From a phage: a stretch of 46,837 bases of DNA. Where the stretch lies: sequence record PZ502447.1; one strand, 5' to 3'. The position numbers and the translations under genes are program-made. The notes under the pieces were generated by a model. It made no database searches. It was not told the DNA's origin and worked only from the letters and a program-made list of their open reading frames with translations. How positions within the stretch are numbered: the stretch's first letter is position 1; every line of letters starts with the position of its first letter. Of this stretch, positions 1 to 8,347 are shown in pieces.

Positions 1-12
1 AGTGCTATCAAT

Positions 13-32
13 AAAAAACCCTCCGAAGAGGG
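13..32 (-). terminator. intrinsic terminator after major tail protein gene
   Basis: Minus-strand hairpin CCCUC-UUCG-GAGGG (19-32) followed by a U6 run (A-run 13-18 on plus strand), directly 3' of the ORF stop at 40-42. Confidence 0.6.
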
Positions 33-39
33 TTTATAT

Positions 40-717
40 TTATGCCAGTTCAGAAGCTACAGAACTCAACCTACCACGGATAGATACCGCGATGGATACC
101 GTTTCGATTTCGTTAACACCAATGCTTGGGGTGTCGTTGAAAGCGATAGTGCCAGACTGGAGACGCATCTCGCTAGCTCGAGGTACGAACAGACGAATAG
201 CAACAACAGTACCAGCTTCGTCATAGTTACGCAGAATCGGATATACCGGGTTGGTGTATTCGTGCGCAAACGTGTAGGTGTTGGTTACCGCAGACTTATA
301 AGTTGGAATCTGCTGCTCACGATCATCAGATAAACACTGGAAGTTAACGAACTGCTGTTCGCCGCCATCAGTGGATACGTCCTGAACACAAGGAACTTCA
401 AACCAAGTAAGAATCTTAACAACTTCACCAGTTAAGCCAGCTGGGAACTTAGTGGTGTTGGAGGTGTCAATACCTTCAACAGTTACGGTTGAACCAGATA
501 CCTCGGTAACGCGAACTTGCTTATCAGCCAGCAGGGTCGAAGCTGAGCTGGTAAATAGCAGGTAATCACCGCGTGCAATATCAGCAACGCTGGACAAAGT
601 TAAAACAGGAGTAACAGCATTGGAAATTGCAGTTACGTCGATAGCAGCTCCCCTAGTGCCTTCTACGAAGACCTGAGTGCCGTTTGATAAATGAGCAATA
701 ATACACCTCCAAATCAA
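40..717 (-). CDS. major tail protein (lambda V-like, assigned by position)
   Basis: 225 aa ORF immediately upstream (wrapping across the window ends) of the G/GT chaperone pair and tape measure gene; followed by a strong terminator. No diagnostic motif recognised. Confidence 0.5.
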   Translation of the reverse strand: MIWRCIIAHLSNGTQVFVEGTRGAAIDVTAISNAVTPVLTLSSVADIARGDYLLFTSSASTLLADKQVRVTEVSGSTVTVEGIDTSNTTKFPAGLTGEVVKILTWFEVPCVQDVSTDGGEQQFVNFQCLSDDREQQIPTYKSAVTNTYTFAHEYTNPVYPILRNYDEAGTVVAIRLFVPRASEMRLQSGTIAFNDTPSIGVNEIETVSIAVSIRGRLSSVASELA

Positions 718-721
718 TGAC

Positions 722-1204
722 TTAAGATACGTGCCTTTCTCGGCTTGCGTGATTTATGTGATAACCAAGTGATACCTCAGCAACAATTCTTGCTTCGCAT
801 GCGGATATGAAACTCTTATAGTGACCAAGACTAATTTTCTTGCCATTATCTGATATCATCGCATGCCAAAGGTTATCACGATTATTGTAGTTTACACCAT
901 TAACGCCTGGGAATGAACGTTTTCTAGTGCCTTGATTCCTTCTATTTTCAGTTGCAGTAACACACCTTAAATTCTCAATGCGATTATCACTTCGATTTCC
1001 GTTTAAGTGATCAATTTGCATGCCTTCAGGAATATCTCCATTATGCATCGTCCAAACAATCCTGTGGATATACATCTTACCAGTCTTTGATACGTAAGTC
1101 TTTACGTATCCGTTACTAGAACCATAACCAGCAGGATTGCCTTTTCCTTTTTTAAAGATTTGACCATCACGATAATCGTAAAGAGAATTCAAGAACTCTT
1201 TCAT
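722..1204 (-). CDS. HNH homing endonuclease (AP2-HNH type)
   Basis: HNH core IDHLNGNRSDNRIENLR; start moved to ATG MKEFL with SD AAGG because the ORF-track start overlaps the upstream gene. AT-rich relative to flanking structural genes. Confidence 0.8.
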   Translation of the reverse strand: MKEFLNSLYDYRDGQIFKKGKGNPAGYGSSNGYVKTYVSKTGKMYIHRIVWTMHNGDIPEGMQIDHLNGNRSDNRIENLRCVTATENRRNQGTRKRSFPGVNGVNYNNRDNLWHAMISDNGKKISLGHYKSFISACEARIVAEVSLGYHINHASRERHVS

Positions 1205-1214
1205 TTGCAACCTT

Positions 1215-1613
1215 TTAGTCAAGACGAACATAGAAACGAACTGGAATAAACCAGCCAGATTTTGACTTCACGACTGGGTGAACTACTCCGCCCTTATAAA
1301 TGTAGCCTGTGTCAAGCATTGTACCATCAAGCATTGATTCTGCCAATTGATTCGCTAATCTCCTTGCGCCATCAACACCATCACCTGGCGAGAAAAAGAC
1401 AGATACCTGAACCATGCCAACATAGTACTTACACTTACGACTTAAGCTGTAGGTTACGGTATCTGCCTCTGTGTAATCGTATTTCAGCCACATACCACCA
1501 TTATTGGGAGGAGAGAAGGCTACGTTTTCATAGGAAATTGGATACCTGACTGGAAACGTTTTAACCAAATCAGTCACAAACCTCCTTGCTGCTAAGGATA
1601 GCTCATACTGCAT
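1215..1613 (-). CDS. tail terminator / tail completion protein (by position)
   Basis: 132 aa ORF between neck proteins and major tail gene; start overlaps the stop of the upstream gene. Confidence 0.4.
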   Translation of the reverse strand: MQYELSLAARRFVTDLVKTFPVRYPISYENVAFSPPNNGGMWLKYDYTEADTVTYSLSRKCKYYVGMVQVSVFFSPGDGVDGARRLANQLAESMLDGTMLDTGYIYKGGVVHPVVKSKSGWFIPVRFYVRLD

Positions 1614-2059
1614 TATCTTTTACTCCTTGCTTCGGCAACTGCCTCTTCGAAGTATCTTCCTAACCTGATATTCACAACGCCAAGGACACCTGCTGGAGCT
1701 TGTCGTGACGCTCCATACTCAAGGTCAGAGGCGTAATCAAGCCTGTTAGTTATGTAGATAACCTTTGTCGCTGGTGAATTAGCCACAGCTCGAGCTTGCC
1801 TTGCCAGATACCTTTTTGTATCTCCACCTGTTTTGTCGTAATCATTCAGAGACTGGGCGGCTGGGGAGTTCGCTGTAATCTGCCAGTTAGCCTTAAACCT
1901 ACCAGTATCAACAGGCGATAAATCAACGATGGCGTTAGCAGCCTTAATTACAGTGCCAGAAACAATATCAGAGAAGTTATCATCAGCTCTATCAATCCAA
2001 TCAGCAATACTATTCGTAAATGTAGCCAACCCACCAATATTTCTAGCCATAGGTAGCAA
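1613..2059 (-). CDS. neck / tail completion protein (HK97 gp10-like, by position and size)
   Basis: 148 aa ORF in the head-tail joining block, translationally coupled to neighbours. Confidence 0.4.
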   Translation of the reverse strand: MLPMARNIGGLATFTNSIADWIDRADDNFSDIVSGTVIKAANAIVDLSPVDTGRFKANWQITANSPAAQSLNDYDKTGGDTKRYLARQARAVANSPATKVIYITNRLDYASDLEYGASRQAPAGVLGVVNIRLGRYFEEAVAEARSKR

Positions 2060-2426
2060 CCCTCCTTAGAATTGGTCTGTAAGCCACTATAGTTCCTGTT
2101 GGTTTGACTGGCCTCGGGTCGACTACAGTGTAAGTTTCATCGTCAACTATAATCCTGTAGCCCTGCAAGATTGGGACTTCAGAAGTGAAAATTCCACGCT
2201 TGTCACCAAACTGGATATATTCGCCATCAATATCTCTGGTTTTAATCTCCCTCACCAGCCCCTTGATTAATGCAGTGCCGCCAGCTACAGGAACCTCAAC
2301 GCCGTCAACAATTTCGACACCACCTTTACCAGTATTCATCGTGAATGTACCATCGCCATCACTAAAGATATTGATGCCCGTGCGCATTAATGATTCTACT
2401 TGGGAGTAATTCATTGGCAACCGCAC
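2043..2426 (-). CDS. head closure / head-tail joining protein (by position)
   Basis: 127 aa ORF in the connector block downstream of the major capsid gene. Confidence 0.4.
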   Translation of the reverse strand: MRLPMNYSQVESLMRTGINIFSDGDGTFTMNTGKGGVEIVDGVEVPVAGGTALIKGLVREIKTRDIDGEYIQFGDKRGIFTSEVPILQGYRIIVDDETYTVVDPRPVKPTGTIVAYRPILRRVATYG

Positions 2427-2821
2427 TCACGCCCAGCGGACGTAATCAAGCCAAATCCGCCGCCTTTCTTGCGCAGGAGATTCCAGTAAAGTCGGCCCCA
2501 CGGCGTAGCTGTCAATGATGATTGAGTTTGCGAGGTGGATTCATAGCTGATAGAAAATTCACCGCTCAGGGAGTAACTTGCCACCTTCTTGCCATAATCA
2601 TCCAGCGACTCATTCTGCTTAAGCGCGCCATCAAGAAAGGCAATGTGCAGAGTGTATAGCGACAGCGCTTTATAAGCATCATCACCAAACTTACCGGTGC
2701 AGATGTATAGCTTAGCTAACTCAAGCCATACGTCCAGCGTTTCATCTGGAATATTCTTAAGAGCAGGAACCAGCGACTTCATAAAGGCTAATGCTTGTTC
2801 GTTCATAAAACCTCCATACAA
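2411..2821 (-). CDS. head-tail adaptor protein (by position)
   Basis: 136 aa ORF, first connector-sized gene after the capsid gene. Confidence 0.4.
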   Translation of the reverse strand: MYGGFMNEQALAFMKSLVPALKNIPDETLDVWLELAKLYICTGKFGDDAYKALSLYTLHIAFLDGALKQNESLDDYGKKVASYSLSGEFSISYESTSQTQSSLTATPWGRLYWNLLRKKGGGFGLITSAGRECGCQ

Positions 2822-2847
2822 AAACGGACGCCTAAGCGCCCATTTGG

Positions 2848-3093
2848 TTATTTATATTCCTGACCAGTCTGAGCTTCGTCAATGGTCTTCGGTTCTTTGC
2901 GTTTTTTCTTACTGTTGATTTCCTGCGCCACTTCTTTAGTTGCCTTGTAGTCACCTTCAATAGTGAGCTTGCCTTCAGCAATCAGGCGCTTAAGTCCATC
3001 ACAAAGTTCATTTGCTTCAATTGTGTCGCCTGGTAAGTATTTGGCACCCTTATAAACGATAAGGCAAGCGCCAGTGTGTTCTAAACGAATCAT
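2848..3093 (-). CDS. hypothetical protein
   Basis: 81 aa ORF with ATG start and GGAG SD, Lys-rich C-terminus; sits between the capsid terminator and connector genes. Confidence 0.5.
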   Translation of the reverse strand: MIRLEHTGACLIVYKGAKYLPGDTIEANELCDGLKRLIAEGKLTIEGDYKATKEVAQEINSKKKRKEPKTIDEAQTGQEYK

Positions 3094-3157
3094 TTTTGTC
3101 TCCTTTGTTTATCTGATTGAGTGATTATAACTCAACAAATCCATTTGGTACAGACGT

Positions 3158-3179
3158 AAAAAAGCCCTCAGAAGAGGGC
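3158..3179 (-). terminator. intrinsic terminator after major capsid gene
   Basis: Minus-strand hairpin GCCCUC-UUCU-GAGGGC followed by a U run (plus-strand A-run 3158-3163), directly 3' of the capsid ORF stop. Confidence 0.6.
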
Positions 3180-3188
3180 CATTTATTA

Positions 3189-4127
3189 CTAGTAGGTAAT
3201 GCCTTTCATTACTGCCATCGTCAGAGGACGATATAAAATCAAACCTGTAGCCTTAGAGGTTACGGGGTACTTAAAGTGCAAGTCCTTAGGTTGACCAGGA
3301 AGCACATTGGTAGCCTCTGGAATCTCGATAGACATATTGAGCGGGTTCTTCTCAAATGCCATGGCAGCCTTACCACCTGCGCCATCGTAGTTATCCAGGA
3401 ACTGAAGATAACGCAGATTGATACCAGAGTTGTTGGTAGCGAACAGCTGAGCGTAACTGATAGAGGTGTTGGGAACCAGCTCTTGCATCAGGCGGCGAGC
3501 GGAAGCAGGCAGCAAAATATCAGTTGCGGTGTGAGTGCCATTAGTCGAAGTCTCGATTGCGTCAATAAGTGCTGTGATATCGGTCATGGCGGCAGCTGCG
3601 GAGTTCCACGTACCAGCAACAACGTTGTTGATGTTAGGATGGTTGAATACGCTAGGAATTCCGTGCGGAGCGGAACCAGACCAAACCAGTTTATCCAGCA
3701 GGTTGTCGTGCGCCTCGAAAGCCAGAGCCTGTTTTCGAGTTGACAGTGATTGACCAGTAGCAGCGCCAGCCTTGATTTCGTCAGTAGAAATCAGGAATGC
3801 GTTACCGAAACGGAACACTTTACCCTGTTTCTCAGTCATGAAAGCATCAACCAGCGGCAGGTCGTCAGAGTAATCAGCGATAATCTGAGCAATACCAACG
3901 CCATTAAATTCTGGATATTCGAAATACTTCGCGTGACCAGGAATTTCATTGGTTACAGGGAAGATATTAACAACGGAGTTGTCCGCATATTCTTTTTCGT
4001 AAGCGCGATTCAGAGTAGCCGCAAGCTGCTTAACGGTCCAGATACCAGCGGCATCAGCTTTCTCTACGCCCATTTGCTCGAGGTGAGCGGTGATTTTTGC
4101 TTGTTCTGCATCAAATTTAATGGCCAT
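3189..4127 (-). CDS. major capsid protein
   Basis: 312 aa ORF with ATG start and AAGGAA SD, flanked by terminators (as expected for a highly expressed gene), downstream of the scaffold gene; composition typical of HK97-fold capsid proteins. Confidence 0.8.
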   Translation of the reverse strand: MAIKFDAEQAKITAHLEQMGVEKADAAGIWTVKQLAATLNRAYEKEYADNSVVNIFPVTNEIPGHAKYFEYPEFNGVGIAQIIADYSDDLPLVDAFMTEKQGKVFRFGNAFLISTDEIKAGAATGQSLSTRKQALAFEAHDNLLDKLVWSGSAPHGIPSVFNHPNINNVVAGTWNSAAAAMTDITALIDAIETSTNGTHTATDILLPASARRLMQELVPNTSISYAQLFATNNSGINLRYLQFLDNYDGAGGKAAMAFEKNPLNMSIEIPEATNVLPGQPKDLHFKYPVTSKATGLILYRPLTMAVMKGITY

Positions 4128-4212
4128 TCTTTATTGTTCCTTTTCAGTTAGGTGTCTACGGATTCATTATACACGAGTTTTTAGCCCACGCAATGGTGTG
4201 GTGGATAGCAAT

Positions 4213-4234
4213 AAAAAAACCTCCCGAAGGAGGC
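4213..4234 (-). terminator. intrinsic terminator
   Basis: Minus-strand hairpin CCUCC-UUCG-GGAGG followed by a U7 run (plus-strand A-run 4213-4219), 3' of ORF 4254..4727. Confidence 0.55.
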
Positions 4235-4253
4235 TTTAATTTAGCTTTGTGAT

Positions 4254-4727
4254 TTACTTCTGTTTAACCTGAACTTCAACCAGGGCGCCATCAACGCTAA
4301 GGTTTTGTGGGTCTGTACCAGTGTTTGCGATGAAACCACCAGCAAAGGCCCAGCCGGTTGCCACGCCATCGGTTGTCACCACACCGTCTGAACTCACTAA
4401 AACAGCAGTGCCAAAGTTAGGCGACGCAGTAAGAGTGGTTCGCATCCAGATTCGTCCGGAGGTGAGAACATTTACCGCTGCTTTCGCTCGGGCTGTGCCA
4501 TCAGGAGTCTCGTAAGAGGATCGAACTACGACACCGAGCGCTGCGTTTGCAGCAATGCCACTTGCAACAACTGATTTATGGCCATCAATCAAAGGTTCAA
4601 GCGTTGAAACTCGAACAGCCGTTCCAACGGGGATTGCCGCTGCGCCGCCAACTACGCAAGCGCCGTCGATGTTGTACAGAGAAGTATCAGAAACCATACC
4701 AGCCAGTGCTGCGGAACGAATTGCCAT
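4254..4727 (-). CDS. putative head decoration / structural protein
   Basis: 157 aa Gly/Ala/Val/Thr-rich ORF between scaffold and major capsid genes; position-based call. Confidence 0.35.
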   Translation of the reverse strand: MAIRSAALAGMVSDTSLYNIDGACVVGGAAAIPVGTAVRVSTLEPLIDGHKSVVASGIAANAALGVVVRSSYETPDGTARAKAAVNVLTSGRIWMRTTLTASPNFGTAVLVSSDGVVTTDGVATGWAFAGGFIANTGTDPQNLSVDGALVEVQVKQK

Positions 4728-4739
4728 GTTTATAACTCC

Positions 4740-5864
4740 TTATTTCTTAATTTTAGCTAAACGAGCACGTGGGTCTAATTTCTTAGGCTCATCGGCGCTG
4801 TCAGATTTGTCGGAAGCAGTAGTTGCTTTACGTACTTCAGCCATTTTATCAGATTCTTTGGCAATGTCGAATGCCGCGTCGATGTATGCGTCAGACTTCT
4901 CACTAACATCAAGACCGGAGACTTCTTTAACGTAAGCAACTTTAATGCCTTTAGCATCCAGGCCATCAGTCTTAACACCAGCTTCAGTGGCTACAGTAAC
5001 CAGAGCGGCAAGTGCTTCAGCGTCAGCTTTGGCAGCTTTGACTGCTTTCTCGATTTCAGCGGGCATTGCGTCTACTTTGGCTTTCAGTGCGTCACGCTCA
5101 GCTTCAATGGTATCAGCTTTAGCTTTGGCGTCATCTGCGTCTTTCTTGATAGTTGCAATGTGTGCGGCAACTTCTGGAGCGATTTCGAACTCCTGAGCGC
5201 CATCCAGTTTAATCTTAACCATTTCTTTAACATCCTCTTTAATAGAATCAACGTTGTCAGTATACGGGTTTTCTTGCTGCCCGTCCATATTTAGCTTAGC
5301 AATTCCAGCCCTACCCCTGAACACCATGGCTAAGTGGTTTACCTTAATGTCTCGCTGGATTGCGTCGAACTCTTGCCAGTCAGGAGGTATGTCGAGCCCC
5401 TGTGTATTGTCACTTCTAAGGACATAATTACCAGTTGCAGGATCACCCCAACCTGGTGTCTCGTCAAGGACTGCCGAGTAACCTACAGATAATTCCTTAG
5501 CGTTACCTGAGCGAGCCTCGTCAATAGCTTCTTGAGAGTATACGACAATTGGCGCAATTACCGTACTTCCTAGAGCCTCAGCTTTACCAGTTACCGAGCC
5601 GACCACCACGTCTTTAGCGTTATCGGAGTTTACAAAGACGTGGTCAAGAGTCATTGGCTTACCCTGGTAACTGCCTAGCGACTCCTCTTTGAAGACTTCT
5701 TCTGCTGGCCTGAACTCTCGAACAGTCGAACCGTCCTCTGTGAAATAAACCTGCACACCAACCCTTGCTACTACTGGCGTATCGACGAGAAAACCATTCT
5801 CGTCAATGGTGGCTTTGAATGTTGCTGTATCAAAGCGATTCTTATACATCCCAATTCTCCTCAC
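4740..5864 (-). CDS. head scaffolding protein (possibly scaffold/protease-like)
   Basis: 374 aa ORF with a long Ala/Lys/Asp/Glu-rich predicted coiled-coil C-terminal half (KAKADTIEAERDALKAKVDA...), between head morphogenesis and capsid genes. Confidence 0.55.
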   Translation of the reverse strand: MRRIGMYKNRFDTATFKATIDENGFLVDTPVVARVGVQVYFTEDGSTVREFRPAEEVFKEESLGSYQGKPMTLDHVFVNSDNAKDVVVGSVTGKAEALGSTVIAPIVVYSQEAIDEARSGNAKELSVGYSAVLDETPGWGDPATGNYVLRSDNTQGLDIPPDWQEFDAIQRDIKVNHLAMVFRGRAGIAKLNMDGQQENPYTDNVDSIKEDVKEMVKIKLDGAQEFEIAPEVAAHIATIKKDADDAKAKADTIEAERDALKAKVDAMPAEIEKAVKAAKADAEALAALVTVATEAGVKTDGLDAKGIKVAYVKEVSGLDVSEKSDAYIDAAFDIAKESDKMAEVRKATTASDKSDSADEPKKLDPRARLAKIKK

Positions 5865-5897
5865 TAAAATCCATCGAATTCATCTTTCATCCTCATG

Positions 5898-6626
5898 TTA
5901 TGACTCCCAATCCGGCACAGCCCAACAACGACAGCCGTATTCCTGACCAGGGAAGAGATCGTTACCGCCCAACCTGAAGCTTAGGCTCTCTTTCTTGAAA
6001 TGGGTCATTCGCTCCCTTTCATCAAGCATGCCGTGCCAAATGTAATGGGTAACACCAGCATCCTCTAGCCTCCTGCGCATGAACGTAGAGTTAATACTGG
6101 ACGTGATGCCTGAGGCTATATTAGCAGTTCTCTTGCGGTAAATCTTGTACCTTTCGTTAATCTTAAGGTAGTCACCACTCTGTATGATTGATGCAGACTG
6201 AATAAAGTCGTCCTTGATATTGTTGAGTAACTTTTCAACGGACTTATTTGATGTGTAAAGCCACTGGTTTAAATCCGGCTGATACCAATCTTCATCTCCA
6301 TTTATACCGTTAAGTCTCAAGTCCATAACTGACTGGACCGAGCCGCCACCAGTCTTGATTGCCAGCACAAGAAACTGCGATGAATTATACCTGTATATTG
6401 ACGCTCCAATTGCCGGAAGTGTAGCTACAACAGAAGCTATAAGCGCTGCTATGATTGCGTCGAGATAATTATCTTCCTGCTCTAGCTCCTCGGCAGTGTC
6501 AATCTTAAGCCGCGTAGCTGATTCTTTCATTGCAGATATTAGCTCAGTTACCGCAACGCTAAGGTTGCGGTTTACCTGATTCTCAATTGTCTGCGGGTAC
6601 TTCCAGCGGGTCTTCACTGGTTTCAT
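5898..6626 (-). CDS. head morphogenesis protein (Mu F-like / SPP1 gp7-like)
   Basis: 242 aa ORF immediately downstream of portal; C-terminal Cys pair GCRCW typical of F-like minor head proteins. The ORF-track start overlaps the portal 3' end, so the true start may be internal. Confidence 0.55.
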   Translation of the reverse strand: MKPVKTRWKYPQTIENQVNRNLSVAVTELISAMKESATRLKIDTAEELEQEDNYLDAIIAALIASVVATLPAIGASIYRYNSSQFLVLAIKTGGGSVQSVMDLRLNGINGDEDWYQPDLNQWLYTSNKSVEKLLNNIKDDFIQSASIIQSGDYLKINERYKIYRKRTANIASGITSSINSTFMRRRLEDAGVTHYIWHGMLDERERMTHFKKESLSFRLGGNDLFPGQEYGCRCWAVPDWES

Positions 6627-7860
6627 TGATTGTTACCTCTGTCTCAATTGAACCTTCACCAATCTTAACCTCAGGGGCTAATGCGCGCAAGGTATCTCGT
6701 GCTTCGTCTGCATCCATCACGCCGTTAGTGATAAGAGCAGTAATTGAATCAACGTTATTCTTCAGTATTTCAGCGCGGTCTTTCTTCGATTCCTGAGCTA
6801 GAGGGTTAAACTCAACTGACCATTCTTGCTCGGTTGTGACGAACGGGATTAAGAACCCAAGAACTGGAAGTAGCTCTTCGTTACGCTTGCGGTCAATCAA
6901 CTTATGGAATGTCTCTAGCGCTGTGTTTTGGCTTGATGACAACCCGCCAACGTTACGACCTTTGAGAATGATTTCATGGATACCGCTCAGAGCAACAATT
7001 CTGTCGAACTTCTTATCGAGGAATCCATCAATCCCACCAATATCCGAGTTAAGAACGCTGTACTCTTCAGCTTCAGCGTCGATACCAATCGCGCGACCAA
7101 CGCCAGAGTTATCATCAACCTGGGCAAGCCTCAACCTGGCCGCACCAAAACCTTCCGCGTCGTCACACAGTTCAGCAAGGCCTTTAGCCTTCCACACCGC
7201 CTGCTGCTTGCGGCGCAATAACTGAGTTGCCAGTTTCTCACACGTCTGATAATCCTTGATTGATTCAAGCAGGTCAGGAACCAGAACGCTAGCACCCCAC
7301 CCGTCATTACCGCGACGCAATGAACTAGGAATCTTCTCGCCATCCATAATGTGAACTCGCGAGTAGTGCACATCATAAAACATGGCGCCACCTTCTGGCG
7401 TGATGCGGTACGTTAATGGCTTACCGAATCGCACATTGCGAGGGTTTTCCTCCTTAGTCTGAACTCTTACCTGGCTACGCTCATAAACGCGAAGTGATTC
7501 AAGTTCCGCGCCTTCACGTACCGGGCTAGTTAGCGCACGATTGTCCTTAACGATAGCCACAATTGCAGAGCCGCCAAATAACCTCGCCCATGACCATGCG
7601 TCAGAGATTGACTCGTTAACCTTCAGGTAATCCCACCTGGACCAGAATTCACCTTCGTCATCAATACCATCGATATGGAAACCTGCGGCGATTGCTGTCT
7701 CCGGTATGGTGTCGACGATGCGGCGTACAATTGAGTTTGATGCGTACAGTGAATCAGCGAAAGGAGGTGTAAGATACGTGTTGCCAAAGTGCCCGTAAAT
7801 CTCGCTACCATCACTGGAGCCACCAAGAAATTGCGTGGCGTATGAATCTGCTTTTACCAT
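6583..7860 (-). CDS. portal protein
   Basis: About 425 aa ORF downstream of the terminase large subunit; start moved to ATG MVKADSY (GGAG SD) because the ORF-track start lies inside the upstream terminator hairpin. Confidence 0.75.
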   Translation of the reverse strand: MVKADSYATQFLGGSSDGSEIYGHFGNTYLTPPFADSLYASNSIVRRIVDTIPETAIAAGFHIDGIDDEGEFWSRWDYLKVNESISDAWSWARLFGGSAIVAIVKDNRALTSPVREGAELESLRVYERSQVRVQTKEENPRNVRFGKPLTYRITPEGGAMFYDVHYSRVHIMDGEKIPSSLRRGNDGWGASVLVPDLLESIKDYQTCEKLATQLLRRKQQAVWKAKGLAELCDDAEGFGAARLRLAQVDDNSGVGRAIGIDAEAEEYSVLNSDIGGIDGFLDKKFDRIVALSGIHEIILKGRNVGGLSSSQNTALETFHKLIDRKRNEELLPVLGFLIPFVTTEQEWSVEFNPLAQESKKDRAEILKNNVDSITALITNGVMDADEARDTLRALAPEVKIGEGSIETEVTINETSEDPLEVPADN

Positions 7861-7872
7861 TTTATTTGCTCC

Positions 7873-7896
7873 AATAAAAAGCCCCATTTAGGGGCT
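7873..7896 (-). terminator. intrinsic terminator after inserted gene
   Basis: Minus-strand hairpin GCCCC-UAAAU-GGGGC followed by a U5 run, 3' of ORF 7919..8272. Confidence 0.55.
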
Positions 7897-7918
7897 TAGT
7901 TTAGCATAGCTTTTATGG

Positions 7919-8272
7919 TTACTCGAATTTTACTTCGAACTTGATTGATGATGTTTTCACTCCATTAAGTGTTAACTGGCGAACCTCCCTTCTGACTTCA
8001 TAAAATGCCTCTTTAGTTACTATGTCTTTGTTGATGAAGTATTTAATCCCAGCCTTTTCAACTTTAAAATTATCACCTTTAACGACAAAATCGGTAGGCT
8101 CTATAACTTCGAAATCATAAACACTAAGATTAATTACGCCCAAATAGCCTTTATCATCCTTAACTTTGACGTATTCATTATTACTTCCAGGCGTTCTTGA
8201 TAAGTCATAAATCTTACCAACGGTAAAATCAAAATAACCAGCTTTTTTATACCCTTTAAATACTGCTTTCAT
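7919..8272 (-). CDS. hypothetical protein (moron-like insert between terminase and portal)
   Basis: 117 aa AT-rich ORF with its own upstream promoter module and downstream terminator; Lys/Val/Phe-rich, predicted beta-rich. Confidence 0.6.
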   Translation of the reverse strand: MKAVFKGYKKAGYFDFTVGKIYDLSRTPGSNNEYVKVKDDKGYLGVINLSVYDFEVIEPTDFVVKGDNFKVEKAGIKYFINKDIVTKEAFYEVRREVRQLTLNGVKTSSIKFEVKFE

Positions 8273-8300
8273 TTTTTACTCCTCTCGTTTTCGTGAAGTA

Positions 8301-8347
8301 ACTATAAGCCATCCTTGGCGGCGCGTCTTTAGCAAAACGTGCTATTT
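8301..8347 (-). promoter_or_regulatory. conserved promoter module (inverted-repeat motif plus -10-like TATAGT)
   Basis: Minus-strand AATAGCACGTTTTGCTAAAGAC, then about 22 nt, then TTATAGT, then leader ACGAAAACGAGAGG, then ATG of 7919..8272; overlaps the terminase large subunit stop. Confidence 0.5.

Noticed and set aside
3276-4151. Plus-strand ORFs nested in the major capsid gene (3276..3743, 3535..3753, 3750..4151)
   Set aside because: Antisense to a high-confidence structural gene with no independent start signals; this applies equally to the many other antisense ORFs inside the tape measure, J, terminase, portal and helicase genes.
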